64,000 nt of DNA from an uncultured Gammaproteobacteria bacterium (GCA_964486505.1 CAZAMC010000003.1:19505-83504), one strand, 5' to 3'; counted from the first letter of the stretch, positions 52,101-61,131 are shown. A program made the numbers and translations. Notes: a model not told the origin generated them from the sequence alone.

Positions 52101-53345
52101 CGCTGCTGCGGAAAAGCTAAAAGATAGTGCCCCAATGTTCGGCGCGCCAGAAGTGGGAGAGCACGCGTCCAGCCAAATTGCCGGCTCAACGTTTTTTACC
52201 GTATAGGGAATCCAGGAATTCGCATTCGCTTTATCCGCCATCACCGAAACCTGCATACCCAGTATGTACGGCAAACTTTGATAACAATTAACTACGTCCA
52301 CCGAGAACTCGCGTCCAACAACACGGACGATTGCGGGGGAAGCATCGGTACCTGTGGGCACGAGAATCGTCTGCGCATCACCAGATAAAGGCCAATTGTA
52401 CCGCTTCCAGAACGCCCAGGGGTCATCACCGCTGACAAGTCCATAGTCGGGAACGCCATCAGAATTCGTATCGGTCAGGCTCTTGCCCATGTTGCTCAGC
52501 TGCCAGGTTGGATTCGCAGTGGTGAAGTTATCGGTATAGAAAAGGAAGGTGTAGCCATCGGCACAACTTGTGTGAAAATCCATCACCACCCACAGACGCT
52601 CACCCGCGCCGTACTTCTGGGCCAGCACCGAGGTTGTTGCCGCTCCTTCATACGTGCTGTTACCAGGGCAGTTCCCGAGCTGTGGCCAGGGTCGTACCGA
52701 CGCAGCATAGGGAACGTGGTTGTGCGTGGAAGCGGCGCCCATGACCCATTGCTTGGTGCTTGGATTCCAAGTGAGCTTCTGGACGTGAACACTACCATTG
52801 CCCGCAGTGTCGCCCGTGTACGCCACCCAAATACTGGAGCGATCCCAGCTTTGCGTAACCGTGTAGTCAAGGCGCAGCCGGCTGCCCGTGTTCACCAGAA
52901 GAACGGGGAGGTACTGGGTTGCGCTCTCAATAGCGCGTGACCAGGTGACGCCTTTGTCGCGACTCATTTTAAATTCAATCCGGCAGAGCTTATGGCTGGC
53001 GTCTATAACTGTGCACGCACTATCGTCGTCATTCACATAGGCCACAAAGAAAGCCTCTACCCCGGGCTCTGGCTCCATGTACAGCATCTTGGTTCGCTCC
53101 TGCCGCTCCGGCCGCCACGCGTATACGTTATCGGAAAAAGAAAAGGGGGCTATCTCCCTCTCCCACCCAAAATTTTCGTACGGGGTTGCCGCCTCCGCGT
53201 ATTGAGCTCCACTAACAATTGTCGTAGGGGTGGTAAGTGCCGCCTGCGCTACTCCTGACGTTACAAAAAACCCAATCAGCGAAAACGCCGCAGCCCAGAG
53301 TGAGCCGCGGAACCACTTTGCATTACGCCATGTGCTAACAAGCAT
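49164..53345 (-). CDS. Giant secreted surface protein (~1394 aa) with BNR/Asp-box, GW-aromatic repeats and DxDxDG Ca-binding run
   Basis: Start reset to MLVSTWRNAKWFRGSLWAAAFSLIGFFVTSGVAQA (signal peptide). SRDKGVTW Asp-box. Repeats GWSSNFGWLSMN, GFGWSSNAGFLSFN, NGWGRFLNL, GGWVRFQGYW, GWAWSGEYGWIRFN. DLDGDGDGDE. Confidence 0.6.
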   Translation of the reverse strand: MLVSTWRNAKWFRGSLWAAAFSLIGFFVTSGVAQAALTTPTTIVSGAQYAEAATPYENFGWEREIAPFSFSDNVYAWRPERQERTKMLYMEPEPGVEAFFVAYVNDDDSACTVIDASHKLCRIEFKMSRDKGVTWSRAIESATQYLPVLLVNTGSRLRLDYTVTQSWDRSSIWVAYTGDTAGNGSVHVQKLTWNPSTKQWVMGAASTHNHVPYAASVRPWPQLGNCPGNSTYEGAATTSVLAQKYGAGERLWVVMDFHTSCADGYTFLFYTDNFTTANPTWQLSNMGKSLTDTNSDGVPDYGLVSGDDPWAFWKRYNWPLSGDAQTILVPTGTDASPAIVRVVGREFSVDVVNCYQSLPYILGMQVSVMADKANANSWIPYTVKNVEPAIWLDACSPTSGAPNIGALSFSFSAAALPTGTDSSRLVIAYEGGHDNTSTTYAQDQAHQNHVRVMSIPLIIGQQANSVAHATFGASPYIGASTYAAPVVGFHGNSAYLAMRDLSTNRLAIFKEDQVPPASYTWSTTAVFDDSTGVTGQAYSPIMPPVTSGAVTLNSGLPPVAWERVGAQALAFTANSGGNVYGYGWSSNFGWLSMNCANAKSTDACAPPGSSPYGTSLAVAPVNSPPTVNFSPTPTDMTYAASGFGWSSNAGFLSFNRLHSAYDCGAVGNCGDADPLTDDNNYGNPPGQAYRNSVLTSDPTLKYDKTSQRLNGWGRFLNLCNYQDIGGGTYRCRDAEGGWVRFQGYWRDSTKTSTLRRAYASGNSQLPVVDASTFPDPVVTGKNEIGIIGEEYFYYSSIGTDIFGEPVLNLVTNDILRNYSIGTPVYAAGGDYGVNAYYSGNGYLLSGWAWSGEYGWIRFNPLIFLGYAWLETLFGNIYVNGGGADAGNFQLPDAQRLTGERLTSCGRDLDGDGDGDEACYVSTYRIETNGTLQPLAHPSGQSVSPGSSASIDFLQNLLAGDSACGFDGNYTDCSRSLGTTAPELFGRDSASAPNTFGFPSVQTSTATYRNALGKLDVGGLTKDVTGLAPYNDILGTKDYQRSTNRFGQKIFVTTKNGTTPVDWTVNELAGQFAYTPPGGGGSPPDIPLDAIENQVVHIQGDLTIGHDPNEANIAASTLTVAVSGQRAAINGAGGTLTLASAANFPTPSATYPLSGTVILGTGSGKEEYLSYTGKSGNQLTGVRTISGNPYTASDHPLGTTIRWVWRMPYTVGQTLPRNITFVVDGDLKIHYNIIASDPTKDLDLAAVTPASIRDSMAAAFIVRGNVSIAKEVNRITGAFIVIGRDSSKDPDLNADTPSAACTASEYGFDGCGGAFDTGNDADAAFCGGTDKKCNPLTIEGLLFARKFNFTRTGALDTIDEPAEQVTFDQRLFLNPPPGLEDVTKALPNPTRELP

Positions 53346-53367
53346 GGGAGTGTTGTTTTGTAAAAAT

Positions 53368-53376
53368 ATTGTACCA
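53368..53376 (-). promoter_or_regulatory. Extended -10 TGGTACAAT, 22 nt upstream of the giant-protein ATG
   Basis: Follows the terminator of the upstream adhesin-like gene. Confidence 0.4.
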
Positions 53377-53412
53377 TGAAAAACATAAAAAAGCAAGGGC
53401 TTCAGTTTCACT
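53376..53412 (-). terminator. Rho-independent terminator AAGGGCTTCAG-N5-CTGAAGCCCTT + T6
   Basis: 11-bp stem and T-run on the minus strand after the 602-aa gene. Confidence 0.55.
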
Positions 53413-53441
53413 GAAGCCCTTGGGATACCAAAGTTGTTAAT

Positions 53442-55250
53442 CTAGGTCGTAGGGCCAGTTACGTCTCCACCAATAATGGATCCGCACACACACCCGGAAG
53501 ACGGGGCCGAGTTATAGCACCCGGCTGGGTATGTATCGACCTTGCTTCCAACAGTGCAGGTTATCGTGCCATTGCAACACGAGCGACCGGGCCCACACGG
53601 ACCACCCGCCATACACGTATTCCGCGTAACGACTGGGCGGGTGTAACTTGCGCACTCGTTCGTTGGGCCGGGGCAAGTGGGGTGGAAAAGCCGCATCGTC
53701 TCGGTATAGGTGGTGTTGAACACGTGAACCACGGTGTTCGTCGTATCCGAGCAGTTGGTTCCTGCTGCCGGTGTGATGTCATTGCTCCCGTCCGTTAGCA
53801 GGTCAACGCGGCAGGAAACCCCAGTAATCCCGCCGTAGTTGGTCGAGTCAGTAATGTTCACGAACTGCGTGAGTTCAGACCGCTGCGCTACAGAGAATAT
53901 GGGCCGAAACATATTAATGTTCACGGACTTCGTTGTGCCTGGCGGGCCAACATCATCGCTGATTGTGAGTTTCGGCGACTTCACACCGCTCGTTACACCA
54001 GAAGGGTAGCGCACTGTGGGGTTTGCCACAGTTCCCGCAAAGACAAAGCCTCCGGCGTTCACACAAGTCGCATTCGGGTCTGTGCTCTGGCAATCAACAT
54101 CGTTCAAGGCGTCTTCACCGAAGTCCCAGGCGTACGTAGCGGTGCCGGTAACCGTAACCGCGGAGGTCGTGAAATTGAAGTTGCTTGTATACCCATTCCC
54201 CGTTGGATCAACCGCTAAGGTAAAGTTTGGTGCACCACAGACGGCGGCCTCATCCCGATACCGCAAGCTCACCCGGACTTTCGTATTCGCATTGGCAGTC
54301 TGCAGGTACAGCTTGCCGTAGAACACGCCACTCGAGCATTCACGGTACTCGGCAAAGTTGGTCGCGTCCACGGCGGGACGCCAGAAAATGTTCGGCGCGG
54401 TTGTATCCGCGTCGTACATCACGTCCAGACCAACGATGTGGAACGTATTGTCAGTTGTTATTTGAACGTAGTCGGGGCTTACGCTGTTGGTAAAGTCAAC
54501 AAGCTTCCCTGTGGGCCCAACGTTGCTAACGTCGAAAGTCCGCTCGTAGACACCGCCGGATGGTGATGGGTAGTTTTGGTCACGAATCGAATTCGCCACA
54601 GCGCCCACTGCCGCGCCCCCAACTTGTAACGTCCCCACGATGTTCACATTGCCCGTGAGTGTCGTGGTACCGGCAACCGTTAGGTTCCCTCCACCAATAA
54701 TGTCAACGTTGCCTTGGAACTGCCCGGCAGGCGAACCAAGTGCGTAAATACCGCGACCGCCAACACTCGTGGCTTGAATCGCATCGCCGGTCCCTGCCGT
54801 AGCACTAGCTTGCAGTGCCGCAGCGCCGGTGTCAGTCTTCGCGACAATTGCAAACGTGTCTGTGCTGTAGACATTTATAGCTTGACCAGCTTGCGCGGCT
54901 CGCTGCAATGAGTACGCCACCCCAGGAGCAGGGTCGGGCGTTTCACCCAAGAGGAGGTTCCCCAAAACCTGGAGCTTCTTGTTCGCCGTAGACTGGCCCA
55001 CGTACACCGGTGTCTGCACAACCTGCGCTGTAGTTTTATCACTTGGCGCCAGGAAGAGCGGGCTACTGGTATTACAGCCGCTCGGGCCTGTGGGATCGTT
55101 CGGGTTGCAGGTGGGATCCCGGAATTCCGTAGCAGAGGTCTGCGCGTACACGCGTATTCCAAAACCAGCCACAATGCCAACCATACCGACCAGGACATAC
55201 GTGGCCCAACGTGGCCAAGTGACTGCCGTTGCACGGGTGCTTGTAGGCAT
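53442..55250 (-). CDS. Secreted/anchored adhesin-like protein (602 aa) with beta-helix-like G/T/V-rich repeats and Cys-rich C-terminal domain
   Basis: Start reset to MPTSTRATAVTWPRWATYVLVGMVGIVAGF (cat at 55248-55250). GNLTVAGTTTLTGNVNIVGTLQVGG. C-terminal has more than 14 Cys in 90 aa. Confidence 0.5.
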   Translation of the reverse strand: MPTSTRATAVTWPRWATYVLVGMVGIVAGFGIRVYAQTSATEFRDPTCNPNDPTGPSGCNTSSPLFLAPSDKTTAQVVQTPVYVGQSTANKKLQVLGNLLLGETPDPAPGVAYSLQRAAQAGQAINVYSTDTFAIVAKTDTGAAALQASATAGTGDAIQATSVGGRGIYALGSPAGQFQGNVDIIGGGNLTVAGTTTLTGNVNIVGTLQVGGAAVGAVANSIRDQNYPSPSGGVYERTFDVSNVGPTGKLVDFTNSVSPDYVQITTDNTFHIVGLDVMYDADTTAPNIFWRPAVDATNFAEYRECSSGVFYGKLYLQTANANTKVRVSLRYRDEAAVCGAPNFTLAVDPTGNGYTSNFNFTTSAVTVTGTATYAWDFGEDALNDVDCQSTDPNATCVNAGGFVFAGTVANPTVRYPSGVTSGVKSPKLTISDDVGPPGTTKSVNINMFRPIFSVAQRSELTQFVNITDSTNYGGITGVSCRVDLLTDGSNDITPAAGTNCSDTTNTVVHVFNTTYTETMRLFHPTCPGPTNECASYTRPVVTRNTCMAGGPCGPGRSCCNGTITCTVGSKVDTYPAGCYNSAPSSGCVCGSIIGGDVTGPTT

Positions 55251-55288
55251 GGCTTTTTTGGTTATCGTTGCGGGTAAACCCTGCGTAC

Positions 55289-55319
55289 GGTATACTCCAG
55301 GGGTTAGCGGCAGTATACC
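55289..55319. promoter_or_regulatory. Inverted repeat GGTATACT-N15-AGTATACC in a divergent promoter region
   Basis: Each arm contains TATACT/TATACC -10 hexamers on opposite strands. Same arms are found upstream of clpC. Confidence 0.45.
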
Positions 55320-55343
55320 ATTTTCCCCTAACCTTGTACACCT

Positions 55344-55823
55344 ATGAGCGAGCGCAAGCCAGTTGCCCAGCTCCCGGCCCAGCAAAAGGCCATTCTCGGC
55401 ACCGCTATTGTTGCTCTCCTCCTGGTTGCTGCCGCGGGAACCGCATTTTGGTACGGCCGGCAGAGTGCCAGCAATACCAACACCTCAGCAAACTCCACGA
55501 ACACCGATACCACCGCCACGCCGGGCACTGATGAGCCCAACACACCAGCAAAGATTGCGGGCAAGGTGGTGAAGGTGCTTGGGGATAGTATTGAAATCAA
55601 CACCGGCTCCGGAGAAACCACACGCACAGTAACCGCCGTCATCAGCAAAGCAACTGAGCTCCGAAAAATTGACTACCGCTCGATTCCAAAAAATGGCGTG
55701 GGTAATGGTGTGCCCCTAAAGAAAGATGAAATTACTACCGGCGCTTCGGTCGTTGTTGCGGCGGACGACGTTTCGAGTAATAAAATCGAAGCCAGTAAAG
55801 TGAGCCTCCTCATCTACCCCTAA
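55344..55823 (+). CDS. Hypothetical membrane-anchored small protein (159 aa) with S/T/N-rich linker and beta-rich domain
   Basis: N-terminal TM, low-complexity TNTSANSTNTDTTATPGTDEPNTP. Confidence 0.45.
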   Translation: MSERKPVAQLPAQQKAILGTAIVALLLVAAAGTAFWYGRQSASNTNTSANSTNTDTTATPGTDEPNTPAKIAGKVVKVLGDSIEINTGSGETTRTVTAVISKATELRKIDYRSIPKNGVGNGVPLKKDEITTGASVVVAADDVSSNKIEASKVSLLIYP

Positions 55824-55847
55824 ACTCTCCTTTACCTCACGTATCCT

Positions 55848-56411
55848 ATGGCAGTCCTCTGGATAATCCTCATAGTCATTATTCTCGCTATCGGCTGGAC
55901 CTGGATGGGTTACAATCGCCTCGTCCGCCTCAAGAACCAGTCCGAAGAAGCCTGGTCCGACATTGACGTACAGCTCAAGCGGCGCTACGACCTCATCCCC
56001 AACCTCGTAGAAACGGTGAAGGGGTATGCCACGCACGAGCGCGAACTATTCGAGAAGGTTACGCAGGCCCGCGCCGCGGCCATGGGCGCCACCGGTTTTG
56101 CCGACAAGTCCCAAGCCGAGAACATGCTCTCCCAGACGCTGAAGTCGCTGTTCGCCGTTGCAGAGAACTACCCCACCCTGAAAGCCAACGAAAACTTTGC
56201 CAAGCTGCAGGATGAACTGGCCGACACGGAGAATAAAATCCAGGCCTCGCGCCGCTTCTACAATGGTAACGTTCGCGACCTCAACACCGCCATTGAGCAG
56301 TTCCCCACGAACATGCTGGCGGGCTGGTTCAAGTTCACCAAGCGTGAATTCTTTGAACTAGAAGAGGACGAGAAAGCAGCCGCGAAGAAGCCCGTGGACG
56401 TGAAGTTCTAG
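55848..56411 (+). CDS. lemA: LemA family protein
   Basis: N-terminal TM plus NRLVRLKNQSEEAWSDIDVQLKRRYDLIPNLVETVKGYA. Confidence 0.8.
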   Translation: MAVLWIILIVIILAIGWTWMGYNRLVRLKNQSEEAWSDIDVQLKRRYDLIPNLVETVKGYATHERELFEKVTQARAAAMGATGFADKSQAENMLSQTLKSLFAVAENYPTLKANENFAKLQDELADTENKIQASRRFYNGNVRDLNTAIEQFPTNMLAGWFKFTKREFFELEEDEKAAAKKPVDVKF

Positions 56412-56475
56412 TACACCTCCGCACACACCTAAACCAGCGCGGGCAAGAATGCCCGCGCTGTGTTATATATACAGT

Positions 56476-57366
56476 ATGACTACCTACTCGCAAGTCTCCA
56501 TCAACAAGCGCCGGAGTATTGTCCTCATTTTGGCGTTCATCGTCATCATCGGTGCCCTTGCCTACGTGTTTAGCCGCGCGTACGAAGCCGGGCCGGGTGC
56601 CGTAGTCCTCGCTATCATTCTCTCTACGGGAATGGCTATGATTGGCTACGCGAGTGGTGACAAGCTGGCCCTCTGGACTGCTGGGGCGGTGGAAGTAACC
56701 AAGGAGCAAAACCCGTACCTCGTACGGTTGGTAGAGAACCTAGCCATCACCGCGGGCCTACCTATGCCGCGGGTCTACGTGATGCAGGACGAAATGATCA
56801 ACGCATTTGCCACGGGCCGGAATCCTGAGCGAGCCTCCATTGCCGTAACCACCGGGGCGCTAGAAAAGCTGGAGAACGAAGAACTCGAAGGCGTCCTTGC
56901 ACACGAGCTATCCCACATTGGCAACTACGACATTCGGTTCATGACCCTAGTCGCGGTTTTGGTAGGCATCATTAGCCTGCTCGCCAACTGGTTCATCCGC
57001 ATGAACTTCTTTGGCGGCCGCCGCTCTAGCGACCGGAATAACGCCGCGGGAATTTTCTTCCTCGTTGGCATTGTCTTGTCTATCCTCGCACCCATCGCCG
57101 CCACGCTCATCCAGCTGGCAGTCTCTCGCAAGCGTGAATTCTTAGCGGATGCCGCGGGGGCCCAGCTCACCCGCTACCCCGAAGGGCTGGCTCGCGCCTT
57201 GGAGAAAATTGGCACTCAGGATGGCCGCATGCGCGGAGCGAGCAACGCCACGGCGCACCTCTTCATTGCGAACCCCTTCGGCGCCGTTACGAAGCACGGC
57301 TTGAGCAAGCTCTTCTCCACGCACCCGCCTGTTGAAGAGCGCATCAAGATCCTGCGGGGCATGTAA
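56476..57366 (+). CDS. htpX: HtpX-like M48 zinc metalloprotease
   Basis: HELSHIGNYD (HExxH); 4 TM. Start at MTTYSQVS (the upstream ATG at 56449 is also possible). Confidence 0.8.
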   Translation: MTTYSQVSINKRRSIVLILAFIVIIGALAYVFSRAYEAGPGAVVLAIILSTGMAMIGYASGDKLALWTAGAVEVTKEQNPYLVRLVENLAITAGLPMPRVYVMQDEMINAFATGRNPERASIAVTTGALEKLENEELEGVLAHELSHIGNYDIRFMTLVAVLVGIISLLANWFIRMNFFGGRRSSDRNNAAGIFFLVGIVLSILAPIAATLIQLAVSRKREFLADAAGAQLTRYPEGLARALEKIGTQDGRMRGASNATAHLFIANPFGAVTKHGLSKLFSTHPPVEERIKILRGM

Positions 57367-57377
57367 CCGAACGACGT

Positions 57378-57403
57378 ACGGGTTTTGACAAAACCCGTTT
57401 TTT
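57378..57403 (+). terminator. Rho-independent terminator ACGGGTTTTG-aca-AAAACCCGT + T6
   Basis: After the htpX stop. Confidence 0.6.
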
Positions 57404-57598
57404 GCGCTATACTTACTGCCGTAGAGTGAGTTTCATCTCAGCATCTACACGTAGGACACGCCTCGCGTGTCTGAAAAACAGAAATCAAAAGTTCTTGAGC
57501 CTGCACCCCATTGATGGCTCATCAAACATAGATGTTTGAAGAGCGTCATCCTTTCCTGGTTGGCGCTTCTTCTCTTTGGGCAATAAACGCATTGACAC

Positions 57599-57623
57599 GG
57601 TATACTATACCCAGTAGTATACC
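57599..57623 (+). promoter_or_regulatory. Inverted repeat GGTATACTA-N7-TAGTATACC overlapping the clpC -10 region
   Basis: Perfect 9-bp arms; 9 nt upstream of ATG 57632. Confidence 0.45.
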
Positions 57624-57631
57624 GAGAACCA

Positions 57632-60121
57632 ATGCCCCCCATCCTCAGCAAGTTCACTACCCACCTGCGCGAGGTCTTGGTAAAAGCCACGAACTTCGCG
57701 GCTGGCAATCGGGCTCGCACCACCGGCCCGGAACATTTGCTGTACGCTCTCGGCGTACAGAAAGGCTCCATTGCCTACGAAATCCTACAGAAAGCCAACC
57801 TCAACCTAGACCGCGTGCGCCAGAGCATCCAGCTGCGGGATAGCGGCGCCGACCTGCAGCCCGCCACCACGGCCCCCGCAAAACCACCGCTCGCCCCAGA
57901 CAGCAAAGCTGCAATTGAGAAGAGTGGCATCATCGCCGCGAAGTACAACCATCGCTACATTGGCACGGAGCACGTCCTCTACGGCTTGCTGAAGCTCCAG
58001 AGCCCCTTCGTCCAGAAAATGTGGCGCGAGCAGAACATTGACCCCAGCGAAATGCTGGGCCAGGTCGTGCTCGTGCTTCGCTCAACGTCAAAATTCCCCG
58101 ACCTCACCGAACTCTTTGAAGACGTGAAAGAAGAGAAGAGTGAACGCCGGAACCAGAGCAAAACACCCGCGCTGGATTTCTTTGCGACGGACTTAACGGA
58201 TCCCAAGCTGCAAGCCACCATTGATCCGGTGATTGGCCGAAAGGCGGAAATTGAACGCTTGGTACACATCCTCTCCCGTCGCACGAAGAACAACCCAGTG
58301 CTCCTTGGTGACCCGGGTGTTGGGAAAACCGCCATCGTGGAAGGGCTGGCCAAGAAGGTAGTAAACGGGGAGGTGCCGGAGGCCTTGCAGGGCAAACGCA
58401 TCCTGCGGCTGGACCTCTCGCTCATTGTGGCGGGCACCATGTACCGCGGCGAGTTTGAATCCCGACTCAAGCAAATTATTGAGGAGATCACTGCTGACCC
58501 ACGCATCATTGTCTTCATTGACGAGATTCACACTATTATCGGGGCCGGTTCTGCCTCGGGCAGCATGGACGCGGCGAACATTCTTAAGCCGGCATTGGCT
58601 CGCGGTGAACTCCGCGTCATTGGCGCTACCACGCTGGATGAGTACCGCAAGCACATTGAGTCCGACGCCGCCCTCGAGCGCCGCTTCCAGCCCATTATTG
58701 TTCCGGAACCAACGCTCGCCGAGACCGAACAAATTCTGGAGGGGCTCCGGCCGAATTACGAACGCTTCCACCAAGTGAGCATTTCCCGCGAAGCCATTGT
58801 AGCGGCGGTTGAGCTTTCGGAACGCTACATTCAGGATAAGTTCCTGCCCGACAAAGCCATTGACCTCATTGACGAAGCAGCAGCGAAGCGAAAAGTGGAA
58901 CGCGGCGGTTCCCCAGAGGCCAAGAAGATTCGCACCCTGGAACTCCAGCTCGAGGACTTGGAAGTGCAGAAAGACAAGGCTGTTCTCCAAGAACGTTTCG
59001 AAGAAGCCCTTACCCTCAAAGGGGCGGCCGAGAAAGCGCGGGAAAAACTTGCGCAGCTCATCAACGGAAGTCCCACTAAACACAAGACCCTGGCCACCAT
59101 TACGCGCAAAGACATTGCCGACGTGGTGAGCCGGATTACCAGTGTCCCCCTCCGCGACCTGGTGAGTGAAGAACGAGACCGCCTACTCAAACTGGAAGAT
59201 CGCCTAAAGGCCCACGTCATTGGGCAAGATGAGGCTGCGCACGCCATTGCCGATGCCATCCGCCGCTCCCGCGTGGGCTTGCGCAACCACAACCGGCCCA
59301 TTGGCTCATTCATCTTCATGGGCCCCAGCGGCGTGGGGAAAACTGAAATGGCCAAAGTCCTGGCCCGAGAAATATTTGAGGACGAGAGCGCACTCATCCG
59401 CATTGACATGAGCGAGTTTGGTGAGAGTTTCAACGTCTCCAAGCTCATTGGCGCGCCGGCGGGCTACGTGGGCTACAAAGAGGGTAACAAGCTCACCGAG
59501 CCAGTCCGTCGCAAACCCTACTCCGTGGTGCTCTTCGACGAAGTGGAAAAGGCTCATCCCGACGTGTTCAACCTCCTCCTGCAAGTACTCGAGGATGGAC
59601 AGCTCACCGATGGCACGGGCAAGCAGGTGAACTTCAAAAACACCATCATCATCTTCACCAGCAACGTTGGGCTGGAAAGCCTCAACCAGACGGCGAAGCT
59701 CGGTTTCGAAACCGGATCGGCAGACGCGCGGAAAGTGGCCGAGGCGCGCTTTGAAGAAATCAGCCACGAAGTAACCGGCCAACTCCACGAGCAGTTCCGA
59801 CCAGAATTCCTCAACCGCATCGACAAGGTTATTGTCTTCCGACCGCTCACTGCTAAGGACGTAAAACAGATTGTTCAGCTTCAGGTTGCTGAACTGCAAG
59901 TACTGGCGGCCGCCCAGGGCTTTAAGCTCACTCTAACCCCGGCGGCCACCAAGCGTATTGCCGAGCTCGGCTTCTCGCCCGAACAGGGGGCGCGCGCCAT
60001 TCGCAAAGTCATCCAGGATGAGGTGGAAAACCCCTTGGCCCGGGCGATTCTCGAGAAGAAGTTTGCACGTGGCGCAGCCATTACCGTGAATGCCGGTAAG
60101 CACGGCTTCACCATCAAATAA
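57632..60121 (+). CDS. clpC: ATP-dependent Clp protease ATP-binding subunit ClpC/ClpB-type AAA+ chaperone
   Basis: Two Clp_N repeats and two AAA modules ([15 protein letters not shown]; [15 protein letters not shown]). Confidence 0.9.
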   Translation: MPPILSKFTTHLREVLVKATNFAAGNRARTTGPEHLLYALGVQKGSIAYEILQKANLNLDRVRQSIQLRDSGADLQPATTAPAKPPLAPDSKAAIEKSGIIAAKYNHRYIGTEHVLYGLLKLQSPFVQKMWREQNIDPSEMLGQVVLVLRSTSKFPDLTELFEDVKEEKSERRNQSKTPALDFFATDLTDPKLQATIDPVIGRKAEIERLVHILSRRTKNNPVLLGDPGVGKTAIVEGLAKKVVNGEVPEALQGKRILRLDLSLIVAGTMYRGEFESRLKQIIEEITADPRIIVFIDEIHTIIGAGSASGSMDAANILKPALARGELRVIGATTLDEYRKHIESDAALERRFQPIIVPEPTLAETEQILEGLRPNYERFHQVSISREAIVAAVELSERYIQDKFLPDKAIDLIDEAAAKRKVERGGSPEAKKIRTLELQLEDLEVQKDKAVLQERFEEALTLKGAAEKAREKLAQLINGSPTKHKTLATITRKDIADVVSRITSVPLRDLVSEERDRLLKLEDRLKAHVIGQDEAAHAIADAIRRSRVGLRNHNRPIGSFIFMGPSGVGKTEMAKVLAREIFEDESALIRIDMSEFGESFNVSKLIGAPAGYVGYKEGNKLTEPVRRKPYSVVLFDEVEKAHPDVFNLLLQVLEDGQLTDGTGKQVNFKNTIIIFTSNVGLESLNQTAKLGFETGSADARKVAEARFEEISHEVTGQLHEQFRPEFLNRIDKVIVFRPLTAKDVKQIVQLQVAELQVLAAAQGFKLTLTPAATKRIAELGFSPEQGARAIRKVIQDEVENPLARAILEKKFARGAAITVNAGKHGFTIK

Positions 60122-60125
60122 CCCT

Positions 60126-60776
60126 ATGATTGAACGGGCGCGGGCGGCGGCCACACGAGTTGGTCGTTTTTTGCTGGATGCCCTGGCGCCCCACCGTTGC
60201 CCCGGCTGCGGGAAGGTGGGTGTGGTGGTGTGCGAAAACTGCTGGCAGGCCATGCCCAAGCGTGCCCAGGTGACCCCGGGCCCATCCCCCCTCCTCATGA
60301 CGGTAACCGCCACAACCTACGATGAGCCAATAACCCAGCAGCTCATCCAGTGCTTGAAGTACGAAGGCATTCGAGACGCCGCCACTCCGCTGGGCGAACT
60401 CTTGGCCACCGCCCTGGAACCTATGCGGCAAGAGGGCGACGTGCTCGTGCCAATCCCCTTGCACCCGCGGCGCGAGCGCGAACGCGGATTCAACCAAAGT
60501 CTCCTGCTTGCCGAAACCATTGCCAAGAAGACCCAGCTGCCCGTGGCCCAGCCCCTGCAGCGCTCCCGCCCAACCAAACCCCAGGTAGAGTGCTCGGCCG
60601 AAGAGCGACGTACAAACCTGGAGGCGGCCTTTACAGCCGAGCCCGTAACGGCGAACCGGATTATTCTCGTGGACGACGTAACCACGACGAGCACCACCTT
60701 TGCAGAAGCGGCAAAAGCCCTTCGTAAAGTCACCGATGCACCAATCATCGGCTTAGCGGTGGCGCGGGGTGGGTAG
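60126..60776 (+). CDS. comFC: ComF family protein (ComFC-like phosphoribosyltransferase with N-terminal zinc ribbon)
   Basis: CPGCG...CENC; PRTase motif ILVDDVTTTSTT. Confidence 0.75.
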   Translation: MIERARAAATRVGRFLLDALAPHRCPGCGKVGVVVCENCWQAMPKRAQVTPGPSPLLMTVTATTYDEPITQQLIQCLKYEGIRDAATPLGELLATALEPMRQEGDVLVPIPLHPRRERERGFNQSLLLAETIAKKTQLPVAQPLQRSRPTKPQVECSAEERRTNLEAAFTAEPVTANRIILVDDVTTTSTTFAEAAKALRKVTDAPIIGLAVARGG

Positions 60777-60789
60777 TGCCAACACGTGC

Positions 60790-60822
60790 AAATAAAAACA
60801 GGGACGACGAGAATCGTCCCTG
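60790..60822 (-). terminator. Hairpin CAGGGACGA-N6-TCGTCCCTG + TTTTTATTT (minus strand)
   Basis: Follows the minus-strand gene 60829-61131. Confidence 0.5.
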
Positions 60823-60828
60823 CCGTAC

Positions 60829-61131
60829 CTACGCAGCTTCCAAGAGAAGCTGAAAGTGTTCCTGCAAACAGCGTTCAGTTTTTTTCCAGAGCCTGGCTGC
60901 TTTCCTCTGGTGTCCGGCATCCTCAGCGGCCTCTGCCTGGTCGTGCCAACCTGCTGCCTCGACTCGCTTAGCTACTGCAGCAAAGGCTTGCGAAGCACTA
61001 AGCCCAAACTGGAGCTGGTAGAGCTTTGACATAGTTTTCAGCAACTTGCCTTTCTGCCTACGGTGGTGGGCCTGCCACCAACTCACTTCGTAGAAAGCAA
61101 GGGTTCTTGCATGTTTGGAAATTCGTACCAT
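60829..61131 (-). CDS. Hypothetical protein (100 aa)
   Basis: Has TTGACA-N17-TAGGAT promoter (61168-61196) and GAGGT SD. Confidence 0.35.
   Translation of the reverse strand: MVRISKHARTLAFYEVSWWQAHHRRQKGKLLKTMSKLYQLQFGLSASQAFAAVAKRVEAAGWHDQAEAAEDAGHQRKAARLWKKTERCLQEHFQLLLEAA

Noticed and set aside
57592-57606. TTGACA at 57592-57597 followed by TATACT at 57601-57606 as a sigma70 -35/-10 pair
   Set aside because: The spacer is only 3 nt, incompatible with a -35/-10 pair. TATACT is instead part of the GGTATACTA/TAGTATACC palindrome.
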